Of a stretch of DNA of 64,000 bases, positions 48,594 to 60,494 are shown piece by piece. The notes below the pieces were generated by a model, which saw only the letters and a list, made by a program, of their open reading frames with translations, had not been told where the DNA came from and did no database searches. The translations under genes and the position numbers were made by a program. The DNA is from Escherichia coli (GTDB taxonomy: Bacteria > Pseudomonadota > Gammaproteobacteria > Enterobacterales > Enterobacteriaceae), in assembly GCF_003790525.1 (NCBI RefSeq), contig NZ_CP033635.1. The stretch is one strand, 5' to 3'. Within the stretch, counting starts at the first letter, position 1. Every line of letters starts with the position of its first letter.

Positions 48594-48605
48594 CTGCAAC
48601 GGCAG
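48594..48605. repeat. right copy of 12-bp target-site duplication CTGCAACGGCAG
   Basis: Identical to 47157..47168. Confidence 0.85.
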
Positions 48606-49567
48606 CGGCCAGCCAACGTTGATCTTTATCCGGATGCGCTTCCGGGCTTTGGCAAATAGCCGCGGTGATTGCCGCAATACCGACGGAATAAACGCCGAAA
48701 GGGGAAAAAACCAGTGCCAGCAATCCAGTAAATACAATTAATGGCGAAACAGGAGCCGAATATCCGGCTGCTTTCATTGCTGCGATACCCGGTGCGTTTT
48801 GCGATGCCATCGTCACCAGAAAAAGGGGGAGTGCAACGCTCAGGCTGTGAGCAAACGAAAAATCAGGGCTAATATAAGTGGGGAGAACGGGTTTAAAGAC
48901 AACATCAGTTGTGACAATGTCACCTTGCGCGATAACGATCACGACCCCAATAATCATCGCGGCAATTACCGCATAGCGCGGCGCAACGGCCCTGGTTGCC
49001 AGCCATACCAGCAACATACTGCCACACAACGTAAATTGACCATCCAGGCTCGCAAACGCCTGTAAACCAAAGCGTAATAAAATCCCGGCAAGCATTGCCG
49101 CCGCAAGCGAGTGCGGAATAATGCGCATCAGATGAGCAAAGAGTCCCGTTATGCCGCAGAGGACTATTAACGCGTTGGTGACAATAAAAACGCCGATGGT
49201 TTCGTTAAGTGTTAGTCCCTGCAATCCGGTGACCAACAAAGCCGCGCCAGGCGTTGACCATGCGGTGAGAACAGGTACGCGATACCATAATGTCAGAGCC
49301 AGCGTACTGACGCCCATTGCCAGCCCCAGCGCCGTCATCCAGCCAGAGATTTGTGCAGTGGTGGCTCCGGCGACAATCGCTGCTTGCCAGATTATTGCCG
49401 CTGAACTGGCGTAGCCAATTAATACCGCCAGAAACCCCGCCAGTAGCGTGGGTGGAGGAATAGAAAACAGACGCATAGTCACCTCGTGCGTTATAGCGTA
49501 CAGGCACCGTAGCATTTGTCCGTTATAACGCACAAGTGATAAACTTCCGTTTTGCCGGAGGAGTCGC

Positions 49568-50104
49568 ATGGAAAATCTCGCTCGCTTTTTATCCACCACA
49601 CTTAAACAACTACGCCAGCAGCGCGGCTGGAGTCTTTCGCGACTGGCCGAAGCGACGGGCGTTTCTAAAGCAATGTTAGGGCAGATTGAGCGTAATGAAT
49701 CCAGCCCGACGGTCGCGACATTATGGAAAATTGCCACCGGGTTGAACGTACCATTTTCAACATTTATTTCTCCGCCGCAGTCCGCTACACCTTCAGTTTA
49801 TGATCCACAACAGCAGGCGATGGTGATCACTTCGCTGTTTCCTTATGATCCACAACTCTGCTTTGAACACTTCTCGATTCAGATGGCATCTGGTGCAATA
49901 AGCGAATCGACGCCCCATGAGAAGGGGGTAATCGAACATGTCGTCGTCATTGATGGACAACTTGATCTGTGCGTTGATGGTGAATGGCAGAGCCTTAATT
50001 GTGGGGAAGGCGTTCGATTTGCTGCAGACGTCACGCATATCTATCGTAATGGTGGGGAGCAAACCGTACATTTTCATTCCCTCATCCATTACCCGCGCAG
50101 TTAA
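49568..50104 (+). CDS. ydcN: XRE-family HTH plus cupin-domain transcriptional regulator
   Basis: 178-aa ORF; N-terminal HTH (RQQRGWSLSRLAEATGVSKAMLGQIERNESSPT); divergent from ydcO. Confidence 0.85.
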   Translation: MENLARFLSTTLKQLRQQRGWSLSRLAEATGVSKAMLGQIERNESSPTVATLWKIATGLNVPFSTFISPPQSATPSVYDPQQQAMVITSLFPYDPQLCFEHFSIQMASGAISESTPHEKGVIEHVVVIDGQLDLCVDGEWQSLNCGEGVRFAADVTHIYRNGGEQTVHFHSLIHYPRS

Positions 50105-50176
50105 GCGGGAAAACTATTTCGCAACGTCGCGCTTGTGGCTAAAATAGCAGCCATTTTTCAGCTACTGGATAAGAAT

Positions 50177-52138
50177 GTGACCGTATCTTCTCATCGACTT
50201 GAACTGTTAAGCCCGGCACGCGATGCCGCCATTGCCCGCGAAGCTATTTTGCACGGTGCCGATGCTGTTTATATCGGCGGACCTGGTTTTGGTGCCCGTC
50301 ATAATGCCAGTAATAGCCTGAAAGATATTGCCGAGTTGGTGCCGTTTGCCCATCGTTATGGTGCAAAAATTTTCGTCACGCTTAACACCATTTTGCATGA
50401 TGATGAGCTGGAACCCGCACAACGGCTGATTACCGACCTCTATCAGACCGGCGTCGATGCGCTGATTGTTCAGGATATGGGGATTCTGGAACTTGATATT
50501 CCGCCGATTGAACTGCACGCCAGTACGCAGTGCGACATTCGTACAGTAGAAAAAGCGAAGTTCCTCTCTGATGTTGGCTTCACGCAGATTGTGCTGGCGC
50601 GAGAGCTGAATCTTGAGCAGATCCGCGCGATTCACCAGGCCACGGACGCGACCATTGAATTCTTTATTCATGGCGCACTGTGCGTGGCCTATTCGGGTCA
50701 GTGCTACATTTCTCATGCGCAAACAGGGCGTAGCGCCAACCGTGGCGATTGCTCGCAGGCGTGCCGTTTGCCATACACATTGAAAGACGATCAGGGGCGG
50801 GTGGTTTCCTATGAAAAACATCTGCTGTCGATGAAAGATAACGATCAGACTGCCAACCTCGGCGCGCTGATTGATGCTGGCGTACGCTCCTTCAAGATTG
50901 AAGGGCGTTACAAAGATATGAGCTACGTGAAGAATATCACCGCCCATTATCGTCAGATGCTGGATGCCATTATTGAAGAACGTGGCGATCTAGCGCGCGC
51001 TTCATCAGGTCGTACTGAACATTTCTTTGTTCCATCGACGGAAAAGACTTTCCACCGTGGTAGCACAGATTATTTTGTGAATGCCCGTAAAGGCGATATT
51101 GGCGCGTTCGATTCGCCGAAATTTATCGGCCTGCCGGTGGGTGAAGTATTGAAAGTGGCGAAAGATCATCTCGATGTTGCCGTTTCCGAACCACTGGCAA
51201 ATGGCGATGGCCTGAACGTGATGATTAAACGTGAAGTCGTCGGTTTTCGTGCCAATACGGTAGAGAAAACCGGAGAAAATCAGTACCGCGTCTGGCCCAA
51301 TGAAATGCCAGCAGAGTTGCACAAAATTCGCCCGCATCACCCACTAAACCGTAATCTTGATCATGACTGGCAGCAGGCACTGACAAAAACCTCTAGCGAA
51401 CGTCGGGTGGCGGTAGACATTGAACTGGGCGGCTGGCAGGAACAACTGATTCTGACCCTCACCAGTGAAGAGGGTGTCAGCATCACGCATACGCTGGACG
51501 GGCAGTTCGACGAAGCCAATAACGCCGAAAAAGCAATGAACAATCTAAAGGATGGTCTGGCAAAACTGGGGCAAACCATCTATTACGCCCGCGATGTGCA
51601 AATTAATTTGCCGGGTGCGCTGTTTGTACCAAACAGTCTGCTAAACCAGTTCCGCCGTGAAGCCGCCGATATGCTTGATGCTGCGCGTCTTGCCAGTTAC
51701 CAGCGCGGCAGCCGTAAACCGGTTGCTGATCCTGCGCCGGTTTATCCGCAAACGCATCTGAGTTTCCTCGCGAACGTATACAACCAGAAAGCGCGTGAAT
51801 TTTATCATCGCTATGGTGTGCAACTGATTGACGCGGCGTATGAGGCACATGAAGAGAAGGGCGAAGTCCCGGTGATGATCACCAAGCATTGTCTGCGCTT
51901 TGCCTTCAATCTGTGCCCGAAACAGGCGAAAGGCAATATCAAAAGCTGGAAGGCAACGCCAATGCAACTGGTTAACGGTGATGAAGTGTTAACGCTGAAA
52001 TTTGATTGCCGCCCATGCGAGATGCACGTCATTGGCAAAATCAAAAATCACATACTGAAAATGCCGTTACCGGGAAGCGTAGTGGCATCCGTAAGTCCGG
52101 ATGATCTGCTGAAAACATTGCCGAAGCGAAAAGGGTAA
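50177..52138 (+). CDS. rlhA: U32-peptidase-family protein (RlhA, 23S rRNA C2501 hydroxylation factor)
   Basis: ORF track 50135..52138; GTG start chosen to give the 653 aa I recall for YdcP/RlhA. Confidence 0.8.
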   Translation: MTVSSHRLELLSPARDAAIAREAILHGADAVYIGGPGFGARHNASNSLKDIAELVPFAHRYGAKIFVTLNTILHDDELEPAQRLITDLYQTGVDALIVQDMGILELDIPPIELHASTQCDIRTVEKAKFLSDVGFTQIVLARELNLEQIRAIHQATDATIEFFIHGALCVAYSGQCYISHAQTGRSANRGDCSQACRLPYTLKDDQGRVVSYEKHLLSMKDNDQTANLGALIDAGVRSFKIEGRYKDMSYVKNITAHYRQMLDAIIEERGDLARASSGRTEHFFVPSTEKTFHRGSTDYFVNARKGDIGAFDSPKFIGLPVGEVLKVAKDHLDVAVSEPLANGDGLNVMIKREVVGFRANTVEKTGENQYRVWPNEMPAELHKIRPHHPLNRNLDHDWQQALTKTSSERRVAVDIELGGWQEQLILTLTSEEGVSITHTLDGQFDEANNAEKAMNNLKDGLAKLGQTIYYARDVQINLPGALFVPNSLLNQFRREAADMLDAARLASYQRGSRKPVADPAPVYPQTHLSFLANVYNQKAREFYHRYGVQLIDAAYEAHEEKGEVPVMITKHCLRFAFNLCPKQAKGNIKSWKATPMQLVNGDEVLTLKFDCRPCEMHVIGKIKNHILKMPLPGSVVASVSPDDLLKTLPKRKG

Positions 52139-52229
52139 AACGTCAGTTTTCGGGTTACTCACCACTCATCAAATCTGCATGATATTGCCTGGCGGGTAAG
52201 GCGTCATGCCGCATCCGGCAACAAATGAC

Positions 52230-52460
52230 TCAACGCTGTCCCGCTTCTGGTTTGCGCGATTTTTGCCAGTAAAAATGCTCGCGCAAACCTTCCGCCGACT
52301 CTTCCGCCACAGCACGCAATTCATCGCTGTCCGCTTCATGACGCAGCTGATGATCCACATTCTTTACCCACATAAATTCATGTCCTTTGTGCCCTGCCAT
52401 GAGTTGTCCTGAGAACAGTGCACACGTTAATAAGACAACCGATAACGCCTTCGAAAACAT
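52230..52460 (-). CDS. yncJ: small secreted protein YncJ (DUF2554)
   Basis: 76-aa ORF with signal peptide MFSKALSVVLLTCALFSGQLMA. Confidence 0.8.
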   Translation of the reverse strand: MFSKALSVVLLTCALFSGQLMAGHKGHEFMWVKNVDHQLRHEADSDELRAVAEESAEGLREHFYWQKSRKPEAGQR

Positions 52461-52681
52461 CCCGCCACCTTTTTCTAACCTTTTGCCGCTATGATGCCAA
52501 TCGTTTCTTGAGGTTATTATTCAGTTTTGCAAATTAGCGCAAAGAAATTCTGGAATCTTCCTTCCTGATTTTGCATTGCATTCTGCCGTTGCGGCGATTT
52601 AGTGCTATTTTCGAGCAAATTACACACGGAGGTAAACACTAATGTTTACTTTGTTGATATACTCAGCGGCAGGGAGGCGAT

Positions 52682-52858
52682 GTGAAACAAAGCGAGTTCA
52701 GACGTTGGCTCGAATCTCAGGGCGTCGATGTAGCGAATGGCAGCAACCATTTAAAACTGAGGTTTCATGGGAGGCGCAGTGTCATGCCGCGTCACCCCTG
52801 CGATGAGATTAAAGAACCATTGCGTAAAGCAATCCTGAAACAACTCGGTTTGAGTTAA
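52682..52858 (+). CDS. hicA: type II toxin HicA (mRNA interferase)
   Basis: GTG-initiated 58-codon ORF MKQSEFRRWLESQGVDVANGSNHLKLRFHGRRSVMPRHPCDEIKEPLRKAILKQLGLS, immediately upstream of hicB; below the track threshold. Confidence 0.8.
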   Translation: MKQSEFRRWLESQGVDVANGSNHLKLRFHGRRSVMPRHPCDEIKEPLRKAILKQLGLS

Positions 52859-52882
52859 TCGCCAATTAAAAAGGTTAATGAC

Positions 52883-53320
<438 letters not shown>

Positions 53321-53398
53321 TAACAGTTAATGAAAAGTTGTCATTTTTAACAACTGATATAGACTGCCGAATCACCTGCACATAATAACGATTCGATA

Positions 53399-54805
53399 AT
53401 GAAAAAATACCAGCAGCTTGCAGAACAATTACGCGAGCAGATTGCGTCGGGTATCTGGCAACCCGGAGATCGTTTGCCTTCGTTGCGTGACCAGGTGGCA
53501 CTTTCTGGCATGAGCTTTATGACCGTGAGCCATGCCTATCAGTTGCTCGAAAGTCAGGGATATATTATCGCACGACCGCAGTCGGGTTATTACGTTGCGC
53601 CACAGGCAATAAAAATGCCGAAAGCGCCAGTCATTCCAGTCACTCGAGATGAAGCAGTCGATATCAACACTTATATTTTTGATATGTTGCAGGCCAGTCG
53701 CGATCCGTCGGTCGTTCCGTTTGCCTCGGCCTTTCCCGACCCGCGACTTTTCCCCCTCCAACAACTAAACCGCTCGCTGGCGCAGGTAAGCAAAACCGCC
53801 ACAGCGATGAGCGTGATTGAAAACTTACCGCCAGGAAACGCAGAACTGCGTCAGGCTATTGCTCGTCGCTATGCCTTACAGGGCATCACTATTTCTCCAG
53901 ATGAAATTGCCATTACCGCCGGGGCGTTAGAGGCATTAAACCTCAGTTTGCAAGTGGTAACTGAACCGGGCGATTGGGTGATAGTAGAGAATCCTTGTTT
54001 CTACGGCGCTTTGCAGGCGCTGGAGCGGTTACGGCTGAAGGCGTTATCGGTGGCGACGGACGTTAAAGAAGGGATCGATCTTCAGGCGCTGGAACTGGCG
54101 TTGCAGGAGTATCCGGTGAAAGCGTGCTGGCTGATGACTAATAGCCAGAATCCACTCGGATTTACCTTAACACCGCAAAAAAAAGCACAACTGGTGGCGT
54201 TGCTCAATCAGTACAACGTAACGCTGATTGAAGATGACGTTTACAGCGAACTTTATTTTGGACGGGAAAAACCGCTGCCTGCGAAAGCGTGGGATCACCA
54301 CGATGGTGTTTTGCATTGCTCTTCGTTTTCGAAATGTCTGGTGCCTGGTTTTCGTATTGGTTGGGTCGCCGCCGGAAAACATGCACGTAAAATTCAACGC
54401 TTGCAGTTGATGAGTACGCTTTCCACCAGCTCACCGATGCAGCTTGCGCTGGTGGATTACCTTTCTACTCGCCGATACGATGCTCATCTTCGTCGTCTGC
54501 GTCGCCAGCTTGCGGAACGTAAACAACGCGCCTGGCAGGCTTTGCTGCGTTATCTGCCTGCGGAAGTCAAAATTCATCACAATGACAGCGGTTATTTTCT
54601 CTGGCTGGAGCTCCCCGAGCCGTTAGATGCAGGAGAATTAAGCCTGGTGGCACTGACGCATCATATCAGTATTGCGCCGGGTAAAATGTTTTCTACCGGT
54701 GAAAACTGGTCACGTTTTTTTCGTTTTAATACCGCGTGGCAGTGGGGAGAACGTGAAGAACAGGCGGTAAAACAATTAGGCAAACTTATTCAAGAACGGC
54801 TGTAA
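53399..54805 (+). CDS. ydcR: MocR/GntR-family regulator (HTH fused to aminotransferase-like domain)
   Basis: 468-aa ORF; N-terminal GntR HTH, C-terminal fold-type I PLP domain. Confidence 0.88.
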   Translation: MKKYQQLAEQLREQIASGIWQPGDRLPSLRDQVALSGMSFMTVSHAYQLLESQGYIIARPQSGYYVAPQAIKMPKAPVIPVTRDEAVDINTYIFDMLQASRDPSVVPFASAFPDPRLFPLQQLNRSLAQVSKTATAMSVIENLPPGNAELRQAIARRYALQGITISPDEIAITAGALEALNLSLQVVTEPGDWVIVENPCFYGALQALERLRLKALSVATDVKEGIDLQALELALQEYPVKACWLMTNSQNPLGFTLTPQKKAQLVALLNQYNVTLIEDDVYSELYFGREKPLPAKAWDHHDGVLHCSSFSKCLVPGFRIGWVAAGKHARKIQRLQLMSTLSTSSPMQLALVDYLSTRRYDAHLRRLRRQLAERKQRAWQALLRYLPAEVKIHHNDSGYFLWLELPEPLDAGELSLVALTHHISIAPGKMFSTGENWSRFFRFNTAWQWGEREEQAVKQLGKLIQERL

Positions 54806-55049
54806 TAGCGTTTAATTTAATTCCTCTCAGGATGGGTAATATGAATTTCGAATAGCAGTCATATTTCCTAACTCCTTGTCTATACTCCAGAATATAACCT
54901 TACAGAGGGCATAATGCGCGGTAGCTCACAACCTGATTAAATTTTCTCAGGGGCGAAGGTGTGCCTGCTAGCCGCCGTCTATGGTTAAACAAGGAGATAT
55001 TTTTACGGCACGGCGGCTGAACAATTAATTACGACAGGAGTAAGACCTT

Positions 55050-56195
55050 ATGAGCAAGATTTTTGCCCGCAGCAGCCTGTGTGCGCTCACCATGACAATA
55101 ATGACCGCTCACGCCGCCGAACCGCCTACCAATTTAGATAAACCGGAAGGGCGACTGGATATTATCGCCTGGCCGGGATACATCGAACGCGGACAAACTG
55201 ATAATCAATACGACTGGGTAACGCAATTCGAAAAAGAGACAGGCTGCGCGGTGAATGTGAAAACCGCCGCGACTTCCGATGAAATGGTCAGTCTGATGAC
55301 CAAAGGGGGTTACGATCTGGTTACGGCATCCGGCGATGCCTCGCTGCGCCTGATTATGGGCAAACGCGTGCAGCCGATTAATACCGCATTGATTCCCAAC
55401 TGGAAAGCGCTCGATCCGCGCGTGGTTAAAGGCGACTGGTTTAACGTTGGCGGCAAAGTTTACGGCACACCTTACCAATGGGGGCCGAACCTGCTGATGT
55501 ACAACACTAAAACCTTCCCGACGCCGCCGAATAGCTGGCAAGTGGTTTTTGTTGAGCAGAATCTGCCGGACGGCAAGAGCAATAAAGGCCGCGTTCAGGC
55601 TTATGATGGCCCTATCTACATTGCGGACGCTGCGTTGTTCGTTAAAGCCACTCAGCCGCAGTTGGGCATCAGCGATCCGTATCAACTCACCGAAGAACAG
55701 TACCAGGCGGTGCTGAAAGTGCTGCGCGATCAACATAGTTTGATCCATCGCTACTGGCATGACACTACCGTGCAAATGAGCGATTTCAAAAACGAGGGTG
55801 TAGTTGCTTCCAGTGCATGGCCCTATCAGGCCAACGCCCTGAAAGCCGAAGGCCAGCCTGTCGCTACCGTTTTCCCGAAAGAGGGCGTTACCGGTTGGGC
55901 TGACACCACCATGCTACATAGCGAAGCGAAACATCCGGTTTGCGCCTACAAATGGATGAACTGGTCATTAACCCCAAAAGTGCAGGGCGATGTGGCGGCC
56001 TGGTTTGGCTCGCTACCAGTAGTGCCGCAAGGGTGTAAAGCCAGTCCGTTATTAGGCGAGAAAGGTTGTGAAACAAACGGTTTTAACTATTTCGATAAAA
56101 TCGCCTTCTGGAAAACGCCTATAGCAGAAGGGGGCAAGTTTGTTCCCTACAGTCGCTGGACGCAGGATTACATTGCCATTATGGGTGGTCGCTAA
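55050..56195 (+). CDS. ydcS: periplasmic polyamine-type ABC substrate-binding protein
   Basis: 381-aa ORF with signal peptide; first gene of a four-gene ABC transporter cluster. Confidence 0.88.
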   Translation: MSKIFARSSLCALTMTIMTAHAAEPPTNLDKPEGRLDIIAWPGYIERGQTDNQYDWVTQFEKETGCAVNVKTAATSDEMVSLMTKGGYDLVTASGDASLRLIMGKRVQPINTALIPNWKALDPRVVKGDWFNVGGKVYGTPYQWGPNLLMYNTKTFPTPPNSWQVVFVEQNLPDGKSNKGRVQAYDGPIYIADAALFVKATQPQLGISDPYQLTEEQYQAVLKVLRDQHSLIHRYWHDTTVQMSDFKNEGVVASSAWPYQANALKAEGQPVATVFPKEGVTGWADTTMLHSEAKHPVCAYKWMNWSLTPKVQGDVAAWFGSLPVVPQGCKASPLLGEKGCETNGFNYFDKIAFWKTPIAEGGKFVPYSRWTQDYIAIMGGR

Positions 56196-56212
56196 CTTCG
56201 CTGGGGTGTTTT

Positions 56213-57226
56213 ATGACGTACGCAGTGGAGTTTGACAACGTCTCACGGTTGTACGGTGACGTGCGCGCAGTAGATGGCGTCAGTATTGCGATAAAAGATG
56301 GTGAGTTCTTCTCTATGCTGGGGCCGTCCGGTTCCGGCAAAACCACCTGCCTGCGCCTGATTGCTGGATTCGAACAACTTTCCGGCGGGGCTATCTCTAT
56401 CTTTGGTAAACCCGCCAGCAATCTGCCACCGTGGGAGCGGGACGTGAATACTGTCTTCCAGGACTACGCGCTATTTCCGCATATGTCGATTCTTGACAAC
56501 GTCGCCTACGGGCTGATGGTCAAAGGCGTGGATAAAAAACAGCGGCATGCGATGGCGCAAGAGGCGCTGGAGAAAGTGGCGCTGGGTTTTGTTCAGCAAC
56601 GTAAACCGTCACAACTTTCTGGTGGTCAGCGCCAGCGGGTTGCTATCGCCAGAGCACTGGTGAATGAACCGCGCGTATTGCTGTTGGATGAACCGCTCGG
56701 CGCACTGGATCTCAAATTGCGTGAGCAGATGCAGCTGGAACTGAAAAAACTGCAACAGTCTCTCGGTATCACTTTTATCTTCGTTACCCACGATCAGGGC
56801 GAAGCGTTATCGATGTCCGATCGTGTGGCGGTTTTCAATAATGGACGCATTGAGCAGGTCGATTCCCCGCGCGATCTCTATATGCGCCCGCGCACGCCGT
56901 TTGTTGCCGGGTTCGTTGGTACATCGAATGTTTTTGATGGACTGATGGCAGAGAAACTTTGTGGCATGACGGGAAGCTTCGCCCTGCGACCGGAACATAT
57001 CCGCCTCAACACCCCTGGTGAACTGCAGGCCAATGGCACGATCCAGGCGGTGCAATATCAGGGCGCGGCAACTCGTTTTGAACTGAAATTGAACGGCGGT
57101 GAAAAACTGCTTGTGAGTCAGGCCAATATGACAGGCGAAGAACTGCCTGCCACGCTCACGCCCGGACAACAGGTGATGGTTTCCTGGTCGCGTGATGTGA
57201 TGGTGCCGCTGGTTGAGGAGAGGTGA
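56213..57226 (+). CDS. ydcT: ABC transporter ATP-binding protein
   Basis: 337-aa ORF; Walker A GPSGSGKTT, ABC signature LSGGQRQRVAIARAL, Walker B LLLDEP. Confidence 0.92.
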   Translation: MTYAVEFDNVSRLYGDVRAVDGVSIAIKDGEFFSMLGPSGSGKTTCLRLIAGFEQLSGGAISIFGKPASNLPPWERDVNTVFQDYALFPHMSILDNVAYGLMVKGVDKKQRHAMAQEALEKVALGFVQQRKPSQLSGGQRQRVAIARALVNEPRVLLLDEPLGALDLKLREQMQLELKKLQQSLGITFIFVTHDQGEALSMSDRVAVFNNGRIEQVDSPRDLYMRPRTPFVAGFVGTSNVFDGLMAEKLCGMTGSFALRPEHIRLNTPGELQANGTIQAVQYQGAATRFELKLNGGEKLLVSQANMTGEELPATLTPGQQVMVSWSRDVMVPLVEER

Positions 57227-58168
57227 ATGGCGATGAATGTATTGCAATCACCTTCACGTCCAGGTCTGGGTAAGGTGTCCTGTTTCTTCTGGCGTAATCC
57301 GGGGCTGGGGCTGTTTTTACTGCTGCTTGGCCCGCTAATGTGGTTTGGCATTGTCTATTTCGGCTCGCTGCTGACGCTGTTATGGCAGGGCTTTTATACC
57401 TTTGACGATTTCACCATGTCGGTAACGCCGGAACTGACGCTGGCGAATATCCGTGCGCTGTTTAATCCGGCGAATTACGACATCATTCTCCGCACGCTGA
57501 CTATGGCTGTGGCAGTCACTATCGCCAGCGCCATTCTGGCTTTTCCAATGGCGTGGTATATGGCGCGCTATACCAGCGGGAAAATGAAAGCGTTTTTTTA
57601 TATTGCGGTAATGTTGCCGATGTGGGCGAGCTACATTGTTAAAGCCTATGCCTGGACGTTATTGCTGGCAAAAGATGGCGTGGCTCAGTGGTTTTTACAA
57701 CATCTTGGGCTGGAACCACTGCTGACTGCGTTCCTTACATTACCTGCGGTGGGCGGCAATACGCTGTCAACTTCCGGGCTGGGGCGCTTTCTGGTGTTTC
57801 TCTATATCTGGCTGCCGTTCATGATCCTCCCGGTGCAGGCGGCGCTTGAGCGTTTGCCGCCGTCATTGTTGCAGGCGTCAGCTGATCTCGGCGCACGTCC
57901 ACGACAAACCTTTCGCTATGTGGTGCTGCCGCTGGCGATCCCGGGTATTGCCGCTGGCTCTATCTTTACCTTCTCACTCACACTGGGCGATTTTATCGTC
58001 CCGCAGCTGGTTGGCCCGCCAGGATATTTTATCGGCAATATGGTTTATTCCCAGCAGGGGGCGATTGGCAATATGCCGATGGCGGCGGCATTCACCCTGG
58101 TGCCGATTGTTCTCATCGCACTGTACCTGGCGTTCGTGAAACGTCTGGGAGCGTTCGATGCACTCTGA
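57227..58168 (+). CDS. ydcU: ABC transporter permease
   Basis: 313-aa polytopic ORF; start directly follows the ydcT stop (TGAATG). Confidence 0.9.
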   Translation: MAMNVLQSPSRPGLGKVSCFFWRNPGLGLFLLLLGPLMWFGIVYFGSLLTLLWQGFYTFDDFTMSVTPELTLANIRALFNPANYDIILRTLTMAVAVTIASAILAFPMAWYMARYTSGKMKAFFYIAVMLPMWASYIVKAYAWTLLLAKDGVAQWFLQHLGLEPLLTAFLTLPAVGGNTLSTSGLGRFLVFLYIWLPFMILPVQAALERLPPSLLQASADLGARPRQTFRYVVLPLAIPGIAAGSIFTFSLTLGDFIVPQLVGPPGYFIGNMVYSQQGAIGNMPMAAAFTLVPIVLIALYLAFVKRLGAFDAL

Positions 58169-58952
58169 ACGCGCACCGTTTTTCCTTAAACTGGCGGCCT
58201 GGGGCGGCGTGGTTTTCCTACATTTTCCCATCCTGATTATCGCCGCTTATGCGTTTAACACTGAAGATGCGGCGTTTAGTTTTCCACCGCAAGGCCTGAC
58301 GTTGCGCTGGTTTAGCGTGGCAGCACAGCGTAGTGACATTCTTGATGCCGTGACACTGTCACTTAAGGTGGCGACGCTGGCGACATTAATCGCGCTGGTG
58401 TTAGGGACGCTGGCTGCTGCCGCACTATGGCGACGAGACTTTTTCGGTAAAAACGCCATTTCGTTGTTACTGCTGCTGCCCATTGCGCTGCCGGGCATTG
58501 TCACTGGTCTGGCGCTATTAACCGCTTTTAAAACCATCAATCTGGATCCGGGATTTTTCACCATCGTGGTCGGTCATGCGACTTTTTGCGTAGTGGTGGT
58601 GTTTAACAATGTCATCGCCCGTTTTCGCCGCACCTCGTGGAGTCTGGTTGAGGCGTCAATGGATCTTGGGGCTAATGGGTGGCAAACCTTCCGCTACGTA
58701 GTGTTGCCGAATCTCAGTTCGGCGCTACTGGCAGGAGGAATGCTGGCATTTGCCTTGTCGTTCGATGAAATCATCGTGACGACCTTTACGGCAGGTCATG
58801 AACGAACGTTACCGTTGTGGTTGCTCAATCAGCTTGGGCGACCGCGTGATGTACCGGTAACCAACGTGGTGGCACTGCTGGTTATGTTGGTAACAACCTT
58901 GCCGATCCTGGGGGCCTGGTGGCTAACCCGCGAAGGCGACAATGGTCAATAA
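58158..58952 (+). CDS. ydcV: ABC transporter permease
   Basis: 264-aa polytopic ORF; overlaps ydcU by 11 nt. Confidence 0.9.
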   Translation: MHSERAPFFLKLAAWGGVVFLHFPILIIAAYAFNTEDAAFSFPPQGLTLRWFSVAAQRSDILDAVTLSLKVATLATLIALVLGTLAAAALWRRDFFGKNAISLLLLLPIALPGIVTGLALLTAFKTINLDPGFFTIVVGHATFCVVVVFNNVIARFRRTSWSLVEASMDLGANGWQTFRYVVLPNLSSALLAGGMLAFALSFDEIIVTTFTAGHERTLPLWLLNQLGRPRDVPVTNVVALLVMLVTTLPILGAWWLTREGDNGQ

Positions 58953-58973
58953 CCACTGATACAGGAATATGCT

Positions 58974-60398
58974 ATGCAACATAAGTTACTGATTAACGGA
59001 GAACTGGTTAGCGGCGAAGGGGAAAAACAGCCTGTCTATAATCCGGCAACGGGGGACGTTTTACTGGAGATTGCCGAGGCATCCGCAGAACAGGTGGATG
59101 CTGCTGTTCGCGCGGCAGATGCAGCATTTGCCGAATGGGGGCAAACCACGCCAAAAGCGCGTGCGGAATGCCTGCTGAAACTGGCGGATGTTATCGAAGA
59201 AAATGGTCAGGTTTTTGCCGAACTGGAATCCCGTAATTGTGGCAAACCGCTGCATAGTGCGTTCAATGATGAAATTCCGGCGATTGTCGATGTTTTTCGC
59301 TTTTTCGCGGGTGCGGCGCGCTGTCTGAATGGTCTGGCGGCAGGTGAATATCTTGAAGGTCATACTTCGATGATCCGTCGCGATCCGTTGGGGGTTGTGG
59401 CTTCTATCGCACCGTGGAATTATCCGCTGATGATGGCAGCGTGGAAACTGGCTCCGGCGCTGGCGGCAGGGAACTGCGTAGTGCTTAAACCATCAGAAAT
59501 TACCCCGCTGACCGCGTTGAAGTTGGCTGAGCTGGCGAAAGATATCTTCCCGGCAGGCGTGATTAACGTACTGTTTGGCAGAGGCAAAACGGTGGGCGAT
59601 CCGCTGACCGGACATCCCAAAGTGCGGATGGTGTCGTTGACGGGCTCTATCGCCACCGGCGAGCACATCATCAGCCATACCGCGCCGTCCATTAAGCGTA
59701 CTCATATGGAACTTGGTGGTAAAGCGCCAGTGATTGTTTTTGATGATGCGGATATTGAAGCAGTGGTCGAAGGTGTACGTACTTTTGGCTATTACAATGC
59801 TGGACAGGATTGTACTGCGGCTTGTCGGATCTACGCGCAAAAAGGCATTTACGATACGCTGGTGGAAAAACTCGGTGCTGCGGTGGCAACGTTAAAATCT
59901 GGTGCACCGGATGACGACTCTACGGAGCTTGGACCTTTAAGCTCGCTGGCGCATCTCGAACGCGTCAGCAAGGCGGTAGAAGAGGCGAAAGCGACAGGGC
60001 ACATCAAAGTGATCACTGGCGGTGAAAAGCGCAAGGGTAATGGCTATTACTATGCGCCGACGCTGCTGGCTGGCGCATTACAGGACGATGCCATCGTGCA
60101 AAAAGAGGTATTTGGTCCGGTAGTGAGTGTTACGCTCTTCGACAACGAAGAACAGGTGGTGAACTGGGCAAATGACAGCCAGTACGGACTTGCATCCTCG
60201 GTATGGACGAAAGATGTGGGCAGGGCGCATCGCGTCAGCGCGCGGCTGCAATATGGTTGTACCTGGGTCAATACCCATTTCATGCTGGTAAGTGAAATGC
60301 CGCACGGTGGGCAGAAACTTTCTGGTTACGGCAAGGATATGTCACTTTATGGGCTGGAGGATTACACCGTCGTCCGCCACGTCATGGTTAAACATTAA
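58974..60398 (+). CDS. patD: gamma-aminobutyraldehyde dehydrogenase
   Basis: 474-aa ORF; aldehyde dehydrogenase family with catalytic Cys in [11 protein letters not shown]. Confidence 0.92.
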   Translation: MQHKLLINGELVSGEGEKQPVYNPATGDVLLEIAEASAEQVDAAVRAADAAFAEWGQTTPKARAECLLKLADVIEENGQVFAELESRNCGKPLHSAFNDEIPAIVDVFRFFAGAARCLNGLAAGEYLEGHTSMIRRDPLGVVASIAPWNYPLMMAAWKLAPALAAGNCVVLKPSEITPLTALKLAELAKDIFPAGVINVLFGRGKTVGDPLTGHPKVRMVSLTGSIATGEHIISHTAPSIKRTHMELGGKAPVIVFDDADIEAVVEGVRTFGYYNAGQDCTAACRIYAQKGIYDTLVEKLGAAVATLKSGAPDDDSTELGPLSSLAHLERVSKAVEEAKATGHIKVITGGEKRKGNGYYYAPTLLAGALQDDAIVQKEVFGPVVSVTLFDNEEQVVNWANDSQYGLASSVWTKDVGRAHRVSARLQYGCTWVNTHFMLVSEMPHGGQKLSGYGKDMSLYGLEDYTVVRHVMVKH

Positions 60399-60437
60399 GG
60401 ATAATATTGCAGATCGTAATAGTATGAGATGATCTTG

Positions 60438-60472
60438 CGTACTGTCAGAGCACTGATTTCTCTGACAGTACG
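60438..60472. terminator. long perfect hairpin between convergent patD and yncL
   Basis: 13-bp arms cgtactgtcagag / ctctgacagtacg with a 9-nt loop; no flanking U-run on either strand. Confidence 0.5.
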
Positions 60473-60494
60473 TGCTGCGTGCAAAATCACTACA

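Larger units (their letters stand above)
46867..49476 (-). pseudogene. ydcO: BenE-family transporter gene ydcO interrupted by an IS4 insertion
   Basis: N-terminal part (MRLFSIPPPTLLAGFLAVLIGYASS..., start 49476) runs to the IS4 right end; C-terminal part resumes after the left end and ends at 46867. Lengths sum to about 391 codons once the 12-bp duplication is removed. Confidence 0.85.
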
